Below are positions 24,996 through 38,649 of a DNA stretch of 64,000 nucleotides, in pieces (positions within the stretch are counted from its first letter, which is position 1; every line of letters starts with the position of its first letter). The stretch comes from Dimorphilus gyrociliatus (taxonomy: Eukaryota; Animalia; Annelida): NCBI GenBank assembly GCA_904063045.1, contig CAJFCJ010000009.1, positions 2,046,968-2,110,967 on the forward strand, written 5' to 3'. The notes beneath the pieces were generated by a model. The model was not told the DNA's origin. It made no database searches and saw only the letters and a program-made list of their open reading frames with translations. Both the position numbers and the translations under genes were made by a program.

Positions 24996-27677
24996 TCATT
25001 GCAATTTTCCACAGCATCGTGTAGGATTACTGATGGAATTTAGAGCAACGTTGGATCGGTTATGCCTCATATGACTCCTAACCAAATGGCCAGCAGCCAA
25101 AGCTGACATGAGACTCAATTCTCCGGCCAAAACTGTTGCACACACAATCTTCGATAATTCTGTAGAATTTTCTCCAGGTTGCTTTCCTCCTCCGGCAACT
25201 CCCAACATTTCTAGGCACGACTTCTGAGCAGATAATATAGTTCCACCACCAACTGTTCCTACTTCGATAGAAGGCATAGTACAACTTATATATAACCCCC
25301 CACTCTCGTGTGGTTCAAGTAGAGTAAGACAATTTGAACTTGCAATATTTTGAGCAACATCTTGACCAGTTGCAATAAAAATAGCTGTTACAATATTTGA
25401 TGAATGAGCATTGAATCCACCAACTGCAGTACCTGCCATTGCTGATCCAATTAAATTTTTCCCTACATTTAAATCGCATAAGGCTTCAACCGAACTTTTT
25501 AATACAGTTTTTATCACTGAAGAAGGAATGATGGCATCGCAAACAACTGACTTTCCTCTACCCTCAATCCAATTAATAGCAGACGCTTTTTTATCCGTAC
25601 ATACATTCCCTGACAAACTTAATATTTCTAAATCTGGAAAATGTTTGCTTCTTAAAAAATTTAAAGCTTTTTCAGCTCCTTTACTGATCATGTTCATTCC
25701 CATAGCATCACCAGTTTGGCAAACAAAACGAATGTACAAGTATCGTGCGGCTTGTATGATTTGTAATTTCTTAAGTCGCGCAAATCGACTTGTGCTTTCA
25801 AACTCTTCCCCTATAACATGAACATTCTCCTCTAACCATATTTTAACCTGCGCTGCTCTATTGGCGCTTGAGAGGCGCACAACAGGTGCTCTTGACATTC
25901 CGTCATTGACTACACAACTACGAACGCCCCCACTTTTCACTAATGCTCGACAACCTCTGTTCGTGCTGGCAACTAAACACCCCTCGGTTGTAGCCATTGG
26001 AACATGATAATTACGTCCATCTAACAGAAGTGGACCTGCTGTTCCAACAGGTACAGGCATATAACCAATGACATTCTCACAACAAGCTCCATTAATTAGG
26101 GAGTAATCAAGATTTCGATATGGTAACTTCTCGACAATTTCCTCTCTAATGTCTTCACACAGTATACGCCTTCGTATCGAGACTGCTCTTTCGTAATCTC
26201 CCAAAGCACTTTCCAATTTGTAAGATGGTAGACTTTTACTCTTTACTAAATTGACAACTTCGACATCACTCATTACGGAAGGATCTAAGTCATTATCAAT
26301 TACAGGTAACTTTTCAGCTTCTTGTATTACTGGTTCTTCTGATACAATAATGTCATTATCCGTTTGAGTGGCAATCTCTGCTGATTTGAACGAATCTTCA
26401 TCAATAGCAAACCTTGGTTGACTTGGTTGTTTCAAAATTACATCCTGTTCATCTTCCTGAGAAACTTTTACGTCATTATCCCACCAGATATATTTAATAG
26501 TTAAGATAATAGCTAAGATGGCTGTGACTAAGAATTCGGGAGAAAAAGTTGTTAATTCCTTCCAATAAAAAGTACCTAATGAAAGATGCGGTTTTTTATA
26601 TTTCATTCGTTTTACGCCTTCTTTTGCAGTTAATCCATTTCCAGCTAATATGCTATGAGTATGAACCAAAACAAGACCAACTGACATGATAAGTTTTACT
26701 CTTTGAGCAACAGGATTTTTCTCTTCTTCATGTTTTAATAATTTTGAAGGTACTTTCCAGTTTTCTGCTAGACTTTCACCATTCCCAAGCTGAATAGGAA
26801 AATATGGAAAATTAGATATTTATAAAACGTCCCTCATAATAATTTACCTCCATTATTAAAGTCAGAGCAGAAGGATAAAATGTCATAAAGGCTAGGTAGT
26901 TGGCAATTACTGCTAAACAGCCAAAATAACATATTTTTTCTAATTGTTTAACTCCTACACAAAACAATTGACATTATAAGAAAATAATAAACTTAGTTTA
27001 CATTAATCTACCTGAGAGGATACCAATTCCTAACAACATGACTTGTACGAATGCATCTAGAGTGACAACAGGACCAATTACAGCCAAACCTCTGCTGATA
27101 TTCTCCTTTATTTCGCCTTGTGAAGATGATTTCAGAGCAAACTTTGCTAATGTTGTCGCCTTAGAGAGGTCAATCACAAGCAGAAAGAGGGGCAATGCTT
27201 CACTGTTTGAAATTAATATTTGACTTATGACTTGACATTGAGAAAATACCCTTACTTTAAGCCTTTCATATCGCCTTCTAATAATTTTATGACAGCAATG
27301 CTCAGAACAAAACTGGAGAAAATCGTCAACAAACCTGCGATTCCTGAAAAAAACAAGGATTAATTACATTACACAATACGCTTGACAACGTCCAATTTCA
27401 AACCTAATAAATATTTCCATCCTAATTTACGTAATTTTTGGAATTTTAAATAAATATATACCACAGCTACACATCTAGTGACTGTCAGAACCAAAGGATC
27501 TGATATTTTTTCGATGTCCTCAGAAGGGCATTCACAATTCCAGCCACAAATTCCATCCGTAAAGCCAAATAAACACATCGATACTATACATATCGTTAAT
27601 GTGAACGTTCCTATAATAACTTCCCATGGATGAGTTGTACATAACCGACCGTGAGCTCTGAAAATTTTGGAAATCAT
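24996..27677 (-). CDS. HMGCR: 3-hydroxy-3-methylglutaryl-CoA reductase
   Basis: N-terminal HPWEVIIG and sterol-sensing exons; catalytic [33 protein letters not shown] and [12 protein letters not shown]. Four short introns, all in the membrane domain. Confidence 0.97.
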
Positions 27678-27840
27678 AGTATGATGAAACCACTGATCAT
27701 CCGTTATGCTACAAATCCACGGTATATATACCAGTTTTGTTTTAACCTATATATGGTAAGGTAACGTGCTCTACAGCACAGATTTAGAGAAAACCTTTAA
27801 GAGCAAACGTACAACCATACTTTTTCTTTGGTAAGTTGAA

Positions 27841-27848
27841 GTCACGTG
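27841..27848. promoter_or_regulatory. E-box (GTCACGTG) upstream of HMGCR, in the divergent HMGCR/Tudor intergenic region
   Basis: GTCACGTGTA ~165 bp upstream of the HMGCR ATG. Binding by SREBP or another bHLH-ZIP factor is inference. Confidence 0.35.
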
Positions 27849-28389
27849 TATCGATGGCACGTATGTTTAATGATAGAGCAGATATAACGTTGGAACACTC
27901 TTGACTTTTGAGCCTAAATACAAATCCAAAATTAGTAACTATTTCGTCAGCTTTTAATTAAAATAACTTTTATAATAGTGTCTTTTCACAGGGTGAGTTC
28001 AAAACTGAATACTATCTTTTAAGTCAATTTTTGACAACTTTCAAACAATTAAGAGATAAAAGAGTAGAGAAAGAGTGATATGGTAGCCATGTCTTAACTT
28101 TTTTTGTTGAAAATATGGACAAATTAAACTATTCAATGCTACATTTCTTTCCAATAATAGCATCTATATATACTCAACAAACATTAAACACATTATGGTT
28201 ATAATTAGCTCCAAGCTTATGAGAAATTGTAACTAAATGACTAACAAGTCGATATGATAAGTTCCAAGCTTTCTATTGACATAACTTTTGTAAATAATCC
28301 ATACAGTTACTTTACGAAAATATAAAGAATTTCAAAAATTAAGATATACGATTACTATAATATAAACAGATAAATCAAAGATTAGAGTC

Positions 28390-31300
28390 ATGCAGAATAC
28401 TGACAATTACACAAGCAGTTCATCATCGAAAACAGGTAAAAAAAACTTGAACACCTTTCAATAATTAGTAATATTTTGTTTGTTTGAAGATGAGTTACTT
28501 AGTAACAATTCATTTATGCTGAAAGTTTCTAAAAGTTATCAAATAACTATGAAAGCAGAATCGCATGGATTGCTTATCATATGGTTAAAATTCTCACATA
28601 AATCTGTGCAATTATTTGAAAGAAAATTGAAGGCCTATATCAAAACTATGTCTGTTAAGGAAGATGCTCTCAATTTTAATCTTGGAATGAAAGTTCTAGC
28701 CAAATATTCCGATAAATTATATTATAGAGCTCTTATTGTAGCTTTGACAAAAAGTAGAGCAACTGTATTCTTTATCGATAAAGGAAAATTTTTAACAGTA
28801 CCTATTGCCGATTTGACTGAATTACCGAAACAGTTTTCTCAAATGCCGTGTTTAGTATTCCCAGCAACCTACGGATATAAATTCTTTGATTGTAATAAAG
28901 TTTGTCAGCTTCTTAGAAATTACTGTATAGATAAGAAATTGAAATTGTTTGCAAGAGTAAAGAGTATTAAGGAGACAATTGCTGTTATTGAAACATACTG
29001 GAAAACTTCTAATGGAGAAGAAATCAAATTGTTAGATAAATTATCAAATGTTACAAGTCATTTACCATGTGAAATAGATGATATACAAACCATAATGAAA
29101 CATAAATACGAACAATCATTAGAAGCAATCAAACAAGATGATAAGCAAAATTTAACGGTAAAAAGGAATTCATAAAAATGATATGAAAAATAACTATAAG
29201 CTCTTTTTCATTGTTATTTTTTGTTTAATTTTCTCTTCAGTATATGGATTGGAGGAAATTTTTTGCAAACATTATGAAAAGACCAATAATGTTAGGAAGG
29301 GGAAGAGTGCAGTTAAAGAAAAAACAATTTTCTAATGGTAAAACTAAAGATGAAGATACAGCTGATCGAACTGCAATAGAGAAAAATTTACATTTTACTG
29401 AGTATAAACAAATCAATTCTGGTAAAAAGTTATTTAAAGATTTAGTTTCGAGTGTCGTTCCTATTGAGAAAAAAGATTATGTCAATAGTTGGATGAATGA
29501 TGATATTAAAGCTTTCGACGAAGTTAATGGTTTAGATTATGATAAGGAAAGTTTAAACAATCAGAAAGTTACTTGGAATAAAAGAATAGAAGGTCTTCAA
29601 AAACCGACAATTGCTGAATTACAGTTTAGGCAACAATTAGAATCTTTTATAATAACTCCAAAATATGTTGAAGATTTTTGTCATAATAATATTCTTACAT
29701 GCTTAATATCGTCGGTTCAGTTGCCAAATATAATTTGGTGCCAAACGACTGGTGGCCATTATAACAAGGTAAGATTTTACAATAGTTTCTCTCAATTAAT
29801 TAATTGTATACTTTTCTAAAAATCTAATAGATTCTTGAAGCCCTTAAGCAGGATCAACTAAAATCGCCTTTAAACTTGCTTAATTATGTAACACCAAAGA
29901 AGGGCACTATACTTGGCGTTACATTTTGCGACGAGCTATACCGCATCAAAATTTTTCACAAGGTTAAACAAGGCTTTTTAAAAGTTCTCTTTATTGATTG
30001 GGGATGTGAAGAGGTTGTTAACCCTAAAAATTGTTTTCTGTTAAGTATAGAAACAGCCAGCCTACCAGCACTGGCTTTTCCCATTTCTGTAAATAATATA
30101 ACACTTTCGGAAGAAAGTAAAGAATTTTTAGAAGGCTTGGACAAATCTTGCGCCGCTATCGAAATTGTTAAAACTAATTTTAGGTTTATATTGAATTACT
30201 CTTACATGCTTGAATATTAGAATAAGCTTTTCATGCATTGATTTGATTTTAATTACTCATTTAATAGTCCTACAGTTGAAAATCCTCTACTGGTCGAATT
30301 CTGTGTTAAGACTATTGATGATGATTCGAGTTCGTTTAAGCCTTTAGAAGAATTATTGGTTGAAAATGGTTTTATTACAAAAAGTGAAAAATACGTCTTT
30401 CACTGATGCAATAAAAATGATTTTTATTCGTATTCATTCTTTACACAGAAACATCAGCGATCGACGAATGGGAAGCAGATGTTATGTCAGATGAATTTCA
30501 TTCATTAAAAAATTCATATGAAGTTGATATCGATAATCCATCAACAGTCCTATATAATCATAGTTAGTTATTGTAACAATATTTAATAATTTCATGTCTC
30601 TTTTTTTCTGGTTTGTTAATAGGTACCAACAAACATTCCCAAGCTTGTATTCAATTTACAAAGAGGGGCTGGTGTCCTAGAGGTCAATTTTGTAAATTTG
30701 AACATGAAAAAATGCATTCAACCTTTACCTCAGACGTTAAAGTTATTCAGCAACCTACTTGGAAACATAAAACGGCGAATAGAGTATTCATCGTTTACGT
30801 AACTGCTTATTCATCGCCATCTAGGATGTTTCTAAAGATACTGGACTTGAAAGGAGTTCAGAATAACGATTCTTCGCGACTATTTAAAACTTTATCAGAA
30901 TTGGAACACAAAATAAGGTACAGTTCAATATTTTATTGAATTCTTTAGAAATTGGCATTTTTTAAGAATCTGTCACTCTATATTTAGAAATACGTTGCAA
31001 AAACGGAAGAATACGCTAGAATTATTGACTACCGGAGAATATGTTGCCTTTGATAGTAAAACTTTAAGCAGACCGATTAGGGGCCTAGTTGTTGGAATAT
31101 CAGATTATTTGGGAAGTAAAGGTCAATGTGAAACATATGAGTTTAAAATTTTTGCCATTGATTACGGATTTGAAGAATGCGTAGATGAAAGGAACATTTT
31201 TCCTTTAAACGACCAATTTATTCACTTTCCACCCTCGTGCATCGAGGCTTCTCTCAAAGTACGAAGTAAGAATGGTAAATGGTCGTCTACAGATAAAGAT

Positions 31301-31453
31301 TTACTGCAGAACCGTTTAAAATCAAGTGGACCACACTTAATTGAAATTTGCGAGAAGATATGCAATAAATATTACATTGAAATGTTTGATGGAAGAGACG
31401 GAATGGATATGAAAAAATGGTGTTTACTAAATTTAAATGCATATATGCTGTAG
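28390..31453 (+). CDS. Multi-Tudor domain protein with a CCCH zinc finger (Tudor-Tudor-CCCH-Tudor), Krimper-like architecture
   Basis: Three extended Tudor cores (YYRALIV...FIDKG; LYRIKI...FIDWG; IRGLVV...AIDYG) and C-x8-C-x5-C-x3-H at 30646-30705 (CIQFTKRGWCPRGQFCKFEH). Likely start MQNTDNY at 28390 with a phase-1 intron. Confidence 0.8.
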
Positions 31454-31792
31454 CCTTTTTCACTCATTAAACAGTATGGAAAAATAAGCATTTTAACACG
31501 ATTGTTTAGTTAGTGAATTACTATTTTGTCTTCCAAGTGGTTTATTTAATATAAAACGTGTTTTATTTAAATTTAACTGGTAGGATATCGTATTAAATTT
31601 CTTAATATGCCTTAATAATTTGAGATAACTGAGAATGATATTATTCATTGCTTTCAAAGATGTCGTCTACCTCGGAAGAAACAATAAGACTTAAATAACA
31701 ATGTTTAACAGCCGAACATTTACAAATGAACATAAGAGTCGCAACAATTTAGTAAAAATTAAAAATATATATATATTCTTAAAAATTAACTC

Positions 31793-33821
31793 TTAACTCT
31801 GAGGTGTCCATAGCTTGAAAGTTCTGTCATAAGAAGCTGACACAATATACTCTTCACCTGGTGAAATATTAGCGCACATAACCTTGCCTTCGTGACCTTC
31901 AAGAGTTTTGAGAGGTGTCCATGTTGGATGAGTCCAGATTTTGCAAGTTCCATCATAAGAGGCGGTCAGAAGGTAACGTCCATTATCCCTTTCGAAATGA
32001 ACTGTTGATACTAAATTCGTATGAGCTGGAACTGTATAAATGCAACGTCGTTGCCTCAAATCCCAAATTTTTACAGAATTATCTTCGCTTCCAGTGGCAG
32101 CGTGCCATCCATCAGAGTTCAAATCTATGCTTAAAACACTTTTATGATGACCTTCCATGAACATTACACACCTTCCTGTTCTAAGATCCCAAACACGACC
32201 ATAAGCATCCAATCCACTGTGAAAATATTGATCATGTTAATTTGTGTGACTAATAGCTATTTAAACTTTCTAGTACCCTGTTGCCGCTAATGACCCATCT
32301 GTATGAAAGGCTATACAGTAAACTTCGCGACTGTGTCCTTCCTGATGCAAAACCTCTTTATGAACTTCCAAATCCCATAATCTCCAAGATCTATCGTAAC
32401 TGAATATAAATTGTAACATTAATCGCAAGCTCTACAAATTGATAGACATGCTTCTTACCAGCATGTTCCAAGAAATCTACCAGAAGGATGAAATTGTACT
32501 TTAGAGACTCTATACGGAGCATGACCTTCTATGTCAACCAACACATCTTCGCTGTTTTATTTTTTTTGGAAGAAATTTTTATTCTATGTAAATAGTAAAA
32601 TATGAGATTTTTTTACCTGTCTAAACTCCAAAGTTTTACTGATCCATCAGATGCGCAAGACGCTAAATTACAAACCGATTCTGACAAATCTATTGTTGAT
32701 CTCGGATGAAAAGCTATATATCCCGCCTGACCTTCGTGACCTCTTAAAACTCTTACATTTTCACATGAAGGAACAGACCATAATTTACACAATCCAGACC
32801 TAGTTTGGGAGTAAAAAATGTCATAGTGCTATTGAAAGAATTATGTTCATTATTACCAAGAAGATGTAGCAATATATTTAGCATTTGGACTAAAACAGCA
32901 AGAAGATATAGGTCTACTGTCACCAATTTGACTGCATTCAATATTCGTACTCCGTACTTTCTTGTATAATTCCTGAGTTCGAGCGTTTCGAATTTTTTCT
33001 GAAACGTTAGATTCCACTCTTGCAGCGTCTAATCTTTCCTTGGCTCTTGGTAAAGAATATTCGGCTATAAGCAGCCTAGCTGCTTTTAGCTCTACTGGTC
33101 CCTCATGATACCAAGTGATATTTTCCTGCAGTTTGAAAAAACAGTTTTTAAATACGTTTATATTTAAAATTATGACTTTTATTCATTTCAATACCTGTTC
33201 TTTTTTCTCAGGTATGTCGCCTTTTTTTCGTTTAATAATATCTTCACCATGTGTAGCAAGTAATTGACGAAGTCTTTCTCGTCTTTCTGCTGGACCCTCT
33301 CCAAATAGACCTATTGAAAACAGCTATTATTATAATGTTTAAAAAAGTACTTAAAATCTTACATATAGGTTCTCCAATCTCTCTTAATTGTGCTTTAACT
33401 TCACTGTCATCAGTAGAGACAACAATTTGTCGAATCTGAAAATGTTAAAAAAAGATAAGTAAAAGTAACACAAGAAACAATAACTTCATTTATGGTTATA
33501 TAAAATTTTGCCTTAATTATAATGTACTTATTGACAACTTACTTGCTTTCTTCTCTCAAATTGAGCCAAAAGTTCTTTTTGAGATTGATTTGGTTCAGCA
33601 GAGGCTTCGGTTGCAGCTTTAACTGAAATTCAATACAAGTTAGAATTATAATTCATTACTTTCAAAAGATTAATGATTTAATAACCTGGTAAAGCATTAA
33701 TATTTCCAGACGCTATGCCAGCTTTCACGGAATCCTTTTGTTCTATATCCTCGGGATTGATTGCTCCGTAATGAATGCCAGTCCCTCGTTTATACGTAAC
33801 TTCGTCATCGTCGCTGTCCAT
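31793..33821 (-). CDS. PRPF4: U4/U6 snRNP protein Prp4 (PRP4 domain plus WD40 repeats)
   Basis: [44 protein letters not shown] and WD40 repeats ([40 protein letters not shown]); multi-exon. Confidence 0.95.
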
Positions 33822-34052
33822 TATTGCTGCAGATGATTCCTGATGAATTGCAAAGTAATAATGTAACTGTTCAAAATGTTTTCATAGCTTTTCGAAAATC
33901 AGAAAGCTGAAGACTTACTGATCCTATCGATATGTTCACAATTGTCTATTTAGTGTAGGATTTTAATTAATAAAGGCGAGCGCTAATATAACGTATCGCC
34001 GGTATACAAAACACTCTTAGAGGAAACTGGTAAAAGTGATACAAAATGATTT

Positions 34053-34061
34053 ACTTCCGGT
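34053..34061. promoter_or_regulatory. ETS/GABP-type motif ACTTCCGGT upstream of PRPF4
   Basis: Exact ACTTCCGGT; the same motif occurs at 53875-53883 upstream of PAQR3. Confidence 0.4.
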
Positions 34062-34408
34062 GCAACTTCCCGCCAGAGTTCTGAGATCCACATCAGTTCT
34101 CAAATTGTACTTGAAAGGAAATGAATTATATTAAGAGTATACCGAATGTCAGTATTTGGAAATAAATGTAGAAGAAGGATACAATAAAATTAATTGTAAG
34201 AATAAGAATTTCATTATAATCATTAAACTGAAAGTCGATATAAATCGAAAAAAAAAATGATATTAAATCTTATTATCATCGTTACGTTTCGTATTTAACA
34301 AAGAACATTAAAAAAATCTAAAATGTAGTGATTATATTTTTCGCAAATGTTCTAAATGTTTTATAGATGGATAAAGCTAATTAAACTGACCGATTATAAC
34401 AAATATTA

Positions 34409-34810
34409 CTATTTTCTACCTACAATACCAATGACAAATAAAACGGAAATAATTATAATAAAGTAACAAATAACTGATGCCGTTACATTAGCAATATTCC
34501 AACATCTAGCTGAATCCAAATTTTTTCTAGCGCTTTCAGTATTTCCATAGTTAATGGCATCATTTGCGTACCAGGCGAAAACAACAGCAGTAATCCCGAA
34601 TGGCCAAAAGGGAAATATCAAAAAAGCAATAACCGAGATAATCAAACAATTTCTGGATTCATCTTTCAGTTTATTAGCTTCTTCCCTGCTTAGATTTATA
34701 ATGCCTGGATATAAAACAGTTTCAGGCATTTGATCAAAGGATGGAGGATCAACTGCTACAACTACCGGAGTTGACGTTGCAGTAATTCTAAGAGCTTTTT
34801 CATCGTTCAT
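34409..34810 (-). CDS. CD225/dispanin family membrane protein (PRRT/SynDIG-like)
   Basis: Two hydrophobic segments with FWPFGITAVVFA...GNTESARKNLDSAR, matching the CD225 pattern (xWPxGIxA...GDxxGAxxxSxxA). Confidence 0.75.
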   Translation of the reverse strand: MNDEKALRITATSTPVVVAVDPPSFDQMPETVLYPGIINLSREEANKLKDESRNCLIISVIAFLIFPFWPFGITAVVFAWYANDAINYGNTESARKNLDSARCWNIANVTASVICYFIIIISVLFVIGIVGRK

Positions 34811-35490
34811 TGTATTATTCTTTATTAGTGTTTCTTTTTTATCTTCTTATTAGCGCCTAATCATATTTACTTACAGCGAGAAAAGTATACTTGAAGTGAA
34901 ATAAGCTCAATTTGTCATAATTGTCATTTCTTTTGATATTTCTATAAATATTAATCTGTTGCTGTATTTAAAGAGTTTTAAAATGACATATTTTGATAGC
35001 AATTAAATATTTTCTTAATTATTTCTCATTTAAATTTAAATTCATTTCCTATAGTTTAAAATAAAATAATTGACTAAAGGGAAAGTTCGCGCATAAAATT
35101 AGGCTTAATTGATATTCCTTCAGCTGTGAACCATTGTAATTTTAGCTAAAAATAGACTTTTATATTGAATTTGTAAATGTACATAAATATCCTTCCACTT
35201 TCCCTAGTATTATTTTTGTATATTCTTTATATTTTCTTCCATTTATAAGCTTTATTAAAAGAAAAAATTAAAAAAGTAATAAAATAGAATGTCTTTTAAG
35301 GGAGAAACCATAAAATATTTTTAAAGTTGTATACATTGGAATATTCAATAAACCTTTAAGAGTAACTAATTCTTTGTTCTACTAAAATAAGTTTCTGCTT
35401 GACTTCTTTAATTACGTCCAGACAAAAAGACTACGAAAATAACTCGGTAGGTGAGCGATAATTCAGGGGAGATCGAAAGCGAGCTTCATA

Positions 35491-36974
35491 ATGTTGTATC
35501 TGGAGGATTTTCTGGAAAGTATGTGTTGCAAATAACTCGATTATATTTGCATATTATAATAAATATTTTATTGCACTAGTGATTGAAAATTTACCAATGG
35601 AAATGAGAGATAGATTTACAGAAACCAGAGAATTAGATTTACAAGTTCAAAGTAATCTAATTGAATTTATATCAATTAAGATCATTAACTAAAAATAACA
35701 TTCTATTCTACAGATCTAATGGATAGTATTAACGAAAAGGAAGAACAATTTTTCAGAAAATTAAAGCTCGCTGGAGATTCCGTTAAGCCTGAATGGAAGG
35801 ATGATCGATTTAGTCAAATAAAAAAAGTACACAAAAACTTATATACATATTTATATTCTTTATTTATATAATCTTTAGATATATGTGATAAAAATGTAAT
35901 GTATTTAGGAATATAATTCGGCGATCGAGTACGCTGATGAAAAAATTCAAATTGTCAATCAAGTTTCCGAACTGGTAAGAATTCAATTTAATTCAACTAG
36001 ATTAGGTAAAAAAAATTTCCAAATTGCCCTTAATCAGGTTGACCGTCATTTGCGTAAGCTGGATCAAGAATTAGAAAAATTTAAAATGGAATTAGAAGCC
36101 GATAATCCTGGTATTACAGCTATTCTAGAGAAACGTTCTTTAGAACTAGATAACGGTAATCAACAAAATGGAATCAGACCAGAGAGTAAGCGAACTTATT
36201 GATTTATTTATATTAAAAATATTTTAATAACTCCTTTTATTTGTATTAATAATAGAGAGAAAATATGTATCGGCTCCACCGGTTGCTGCAGTAACTGGCA
36301 CTTTAGGTGGTATCACAGTGCAGCACGACATAAAGCAATCTCAGCCTTTCAATCGAGTATTATCGTCCTCGCTTTTTTCTGCTAACAACACTAATGTATT
36401 AATCGAATCAAAGTCATCCACTCCTGAAGTGTTAACTTCACTAATCAACGCATGTAGTTCCAATTCTTATAACGTACAATCATCAACAAAAGCCCCATTT
36501 GTTGCCGCCGCGCAGAAGGCCATTGCTTTAACGACGGAAACATCAATTGGACGTCGAACGTCGAGCTTAAAAGCATCATACGAAGGTTTAGTCAAAGGAA
36601 ATGTCAACCTGTCTCAAAGTTCTCCGCCAAATGTTGTCACAACAACCCACAATATGTCTCCTTTAACTGTATCAAATACTGTGTCTGCTCAAAGAAGAAC
36701 GAAAAAAGTTAAAACCGTTGGAGGAATAAAACAACCCGACGTTCATCCTAATTCTGCACTTCCAGGCCAAGTAGAATGGAATCCTGATCCTAACGAACCA
36801 AGATATTGTCTGTGTAATGAAATATCTTATGGTGAAATGATAGGTTGCGATAATGGTGACTGTTCGATAGAATGGTTTCATTATGCGTGTGTTGGTCTTA
36901 ACTCGGCTCCGAAAGGTAAATGGTACTGTCCTCATTGTACAGCAACAATGAAACGTCGGGGTCGGAAAAATTAG
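35491..36974 (+). CDS. ING3: Inhibitor of growth protein 3 (ING domain plus PHD finger)
   Basis: [44 protein letters not shown] and [26 protein letters not shown]...WFHYACVGL...[10 protein letters not shown]. Confidence 0.95.
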
Positions 36975-37617
36975 TTCAAAAACTGTTGATTGTCTCTTGT
37001 TGTTTTAAGGGATTATTTAATTAACCAACTAACTGTTCAAATCAAAATTAATACTCCTACCAAAGTGTTTCGCTATACGAAAATGTATTGTCCTAATTTA
37101 TTGTTCAAGCGATTAGTGCTATTCGTCCTCTCTGCCAAGAAACGTATCCAATCTGTTTTAAGCTTAAAGCAGAGAATATATTTATCTGCTGAACTAATCA
37201 TATTGAAAGAGAAAAGCTAATTTCTTTGCGATTGTTTTCTCTCACATTTTAACAAAGTCACGATCTTATTTTTAACAAATGAAACAGATGAACCAAAAAT
37301 ATCTTTTATTGTTCTCAGTTTTTTCTTTTAGTAATAAAATTTTAATTATGATTCCTAAAGTTTGTTTTTTGCTATTTTGTTTTTATTTATTGTTTCCTTT
37401 TTTCTCTTTTTACATAGTTATTTGTTTTTCGTAAATAGAAAATGGTTATTTATAACTAAAGCTTTTTAAAAATTTATTAAACAGTATCAATATATAGTTT
37501 ACAAAAAAACGTTTTGAGTATAAACTAAATGATATAATCAGATCTATATTTTCTTTCTTTTTTTTCTTTCTTTCTCATTCTCTCTCTCTCTCTCTGTCAA
37601 GATAGCATCAAAAATTT

Positions 37618-38649
37618 TCATAAAAATCGAAATCCATTTATAAAAAGAATAACAAATGAAACTAAAGTAGATATAAAACTTGCACGGATTCTTCCGCCAT
37701 CCATCTGAAATAAGTGATGTAAAATATAAAGCAAAGATCTTTTTAACTTTAAAATAAATATAAATCTATACATACAGTAACGTAGAAGTTGCACAAATCT
37801 CCTGTACAACATTCCATACACTCCCAATCAGCCCACCAATCCCGCTTGCATCGATGCTAAAATCAGTTTAGTTAGTATTTTATAACAAATCTATAAAATG
37901 CAAATGAAAACAAATTTATAAAGCTAAAATTACTGTAATATAACTTTGTTGTTTCAACAATTAGAGCAATAATAAACGAGATACCTATGTATATATAATC
38001 TATAAGCAATTAGTTTTGGCAATCATAATAAGATTATACGTGTAAAATAGTATTTAATCATATAGTTATAAGGTTTAGCAATACTTTATTCTATTCGTAA
38101 TTTTTGAATAATGAGTGTTAGTTGTTAAACCATCTCTTTAGTAACTTATTTCGTTGAAAAGAATATTCTATTAGAGAAAAAGTTGAAAAAGAAACTTAAG
38201 CTAATAAGATAACGATAATTTACATAGAGTATAAAACAAAATTAATTAAATACCCCCAGCTTATCCCTCTCTGCTTCGCATTCAGTCAACACTGAGCATT
38301 TTTTAGATATCTTATATATTCTTTCCATTTTCGGTGTCCAATAAGGAGGAACTGTAATGTCGTGAATTTTTGTTACAACCCTTTAAAAAATTGTATTTTT
38401 TGAAGGTACATACCTCCCCATCTTATTGTTGTTTGACAAGAATCAAATTCCTTTTTGCACTGGATGGCCGTTTTTGAACATTTGTCTTTATTATTATCTT
38501 GATTTGTGCAAGCATAACATTCCAAGCTACTAACTGTAAAAATACGATTGAGCAACTTTGTAAGATTAATATAAATAAAAGATGTATATAAAAGGTTTAC
38601 CGTAGGTAATGTATGTGATAAAAGTTGCGATTATAAGATAAAACTTCAT
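37618..38649 (-). CDS. GPI-anchored Ly6/three-finger protein, similar to Drosophila coiled (cold)
   Basis: Five exons: MKFYLIIATFITYITY/VSSLECYACTNQDNNKDKCSKTAIQCKKEFDSCQTTIRWG/VPPYWTPKMERIYKISKKC...C/HRCKRDWWADWECMECCTGDLCNFYVT/hydrophobic tail. Ten Cys with a CCxxDxCN end; IRWG, PY, SKxC and DWxCxECC match coiled as I recall it. Confidence 0.8.
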
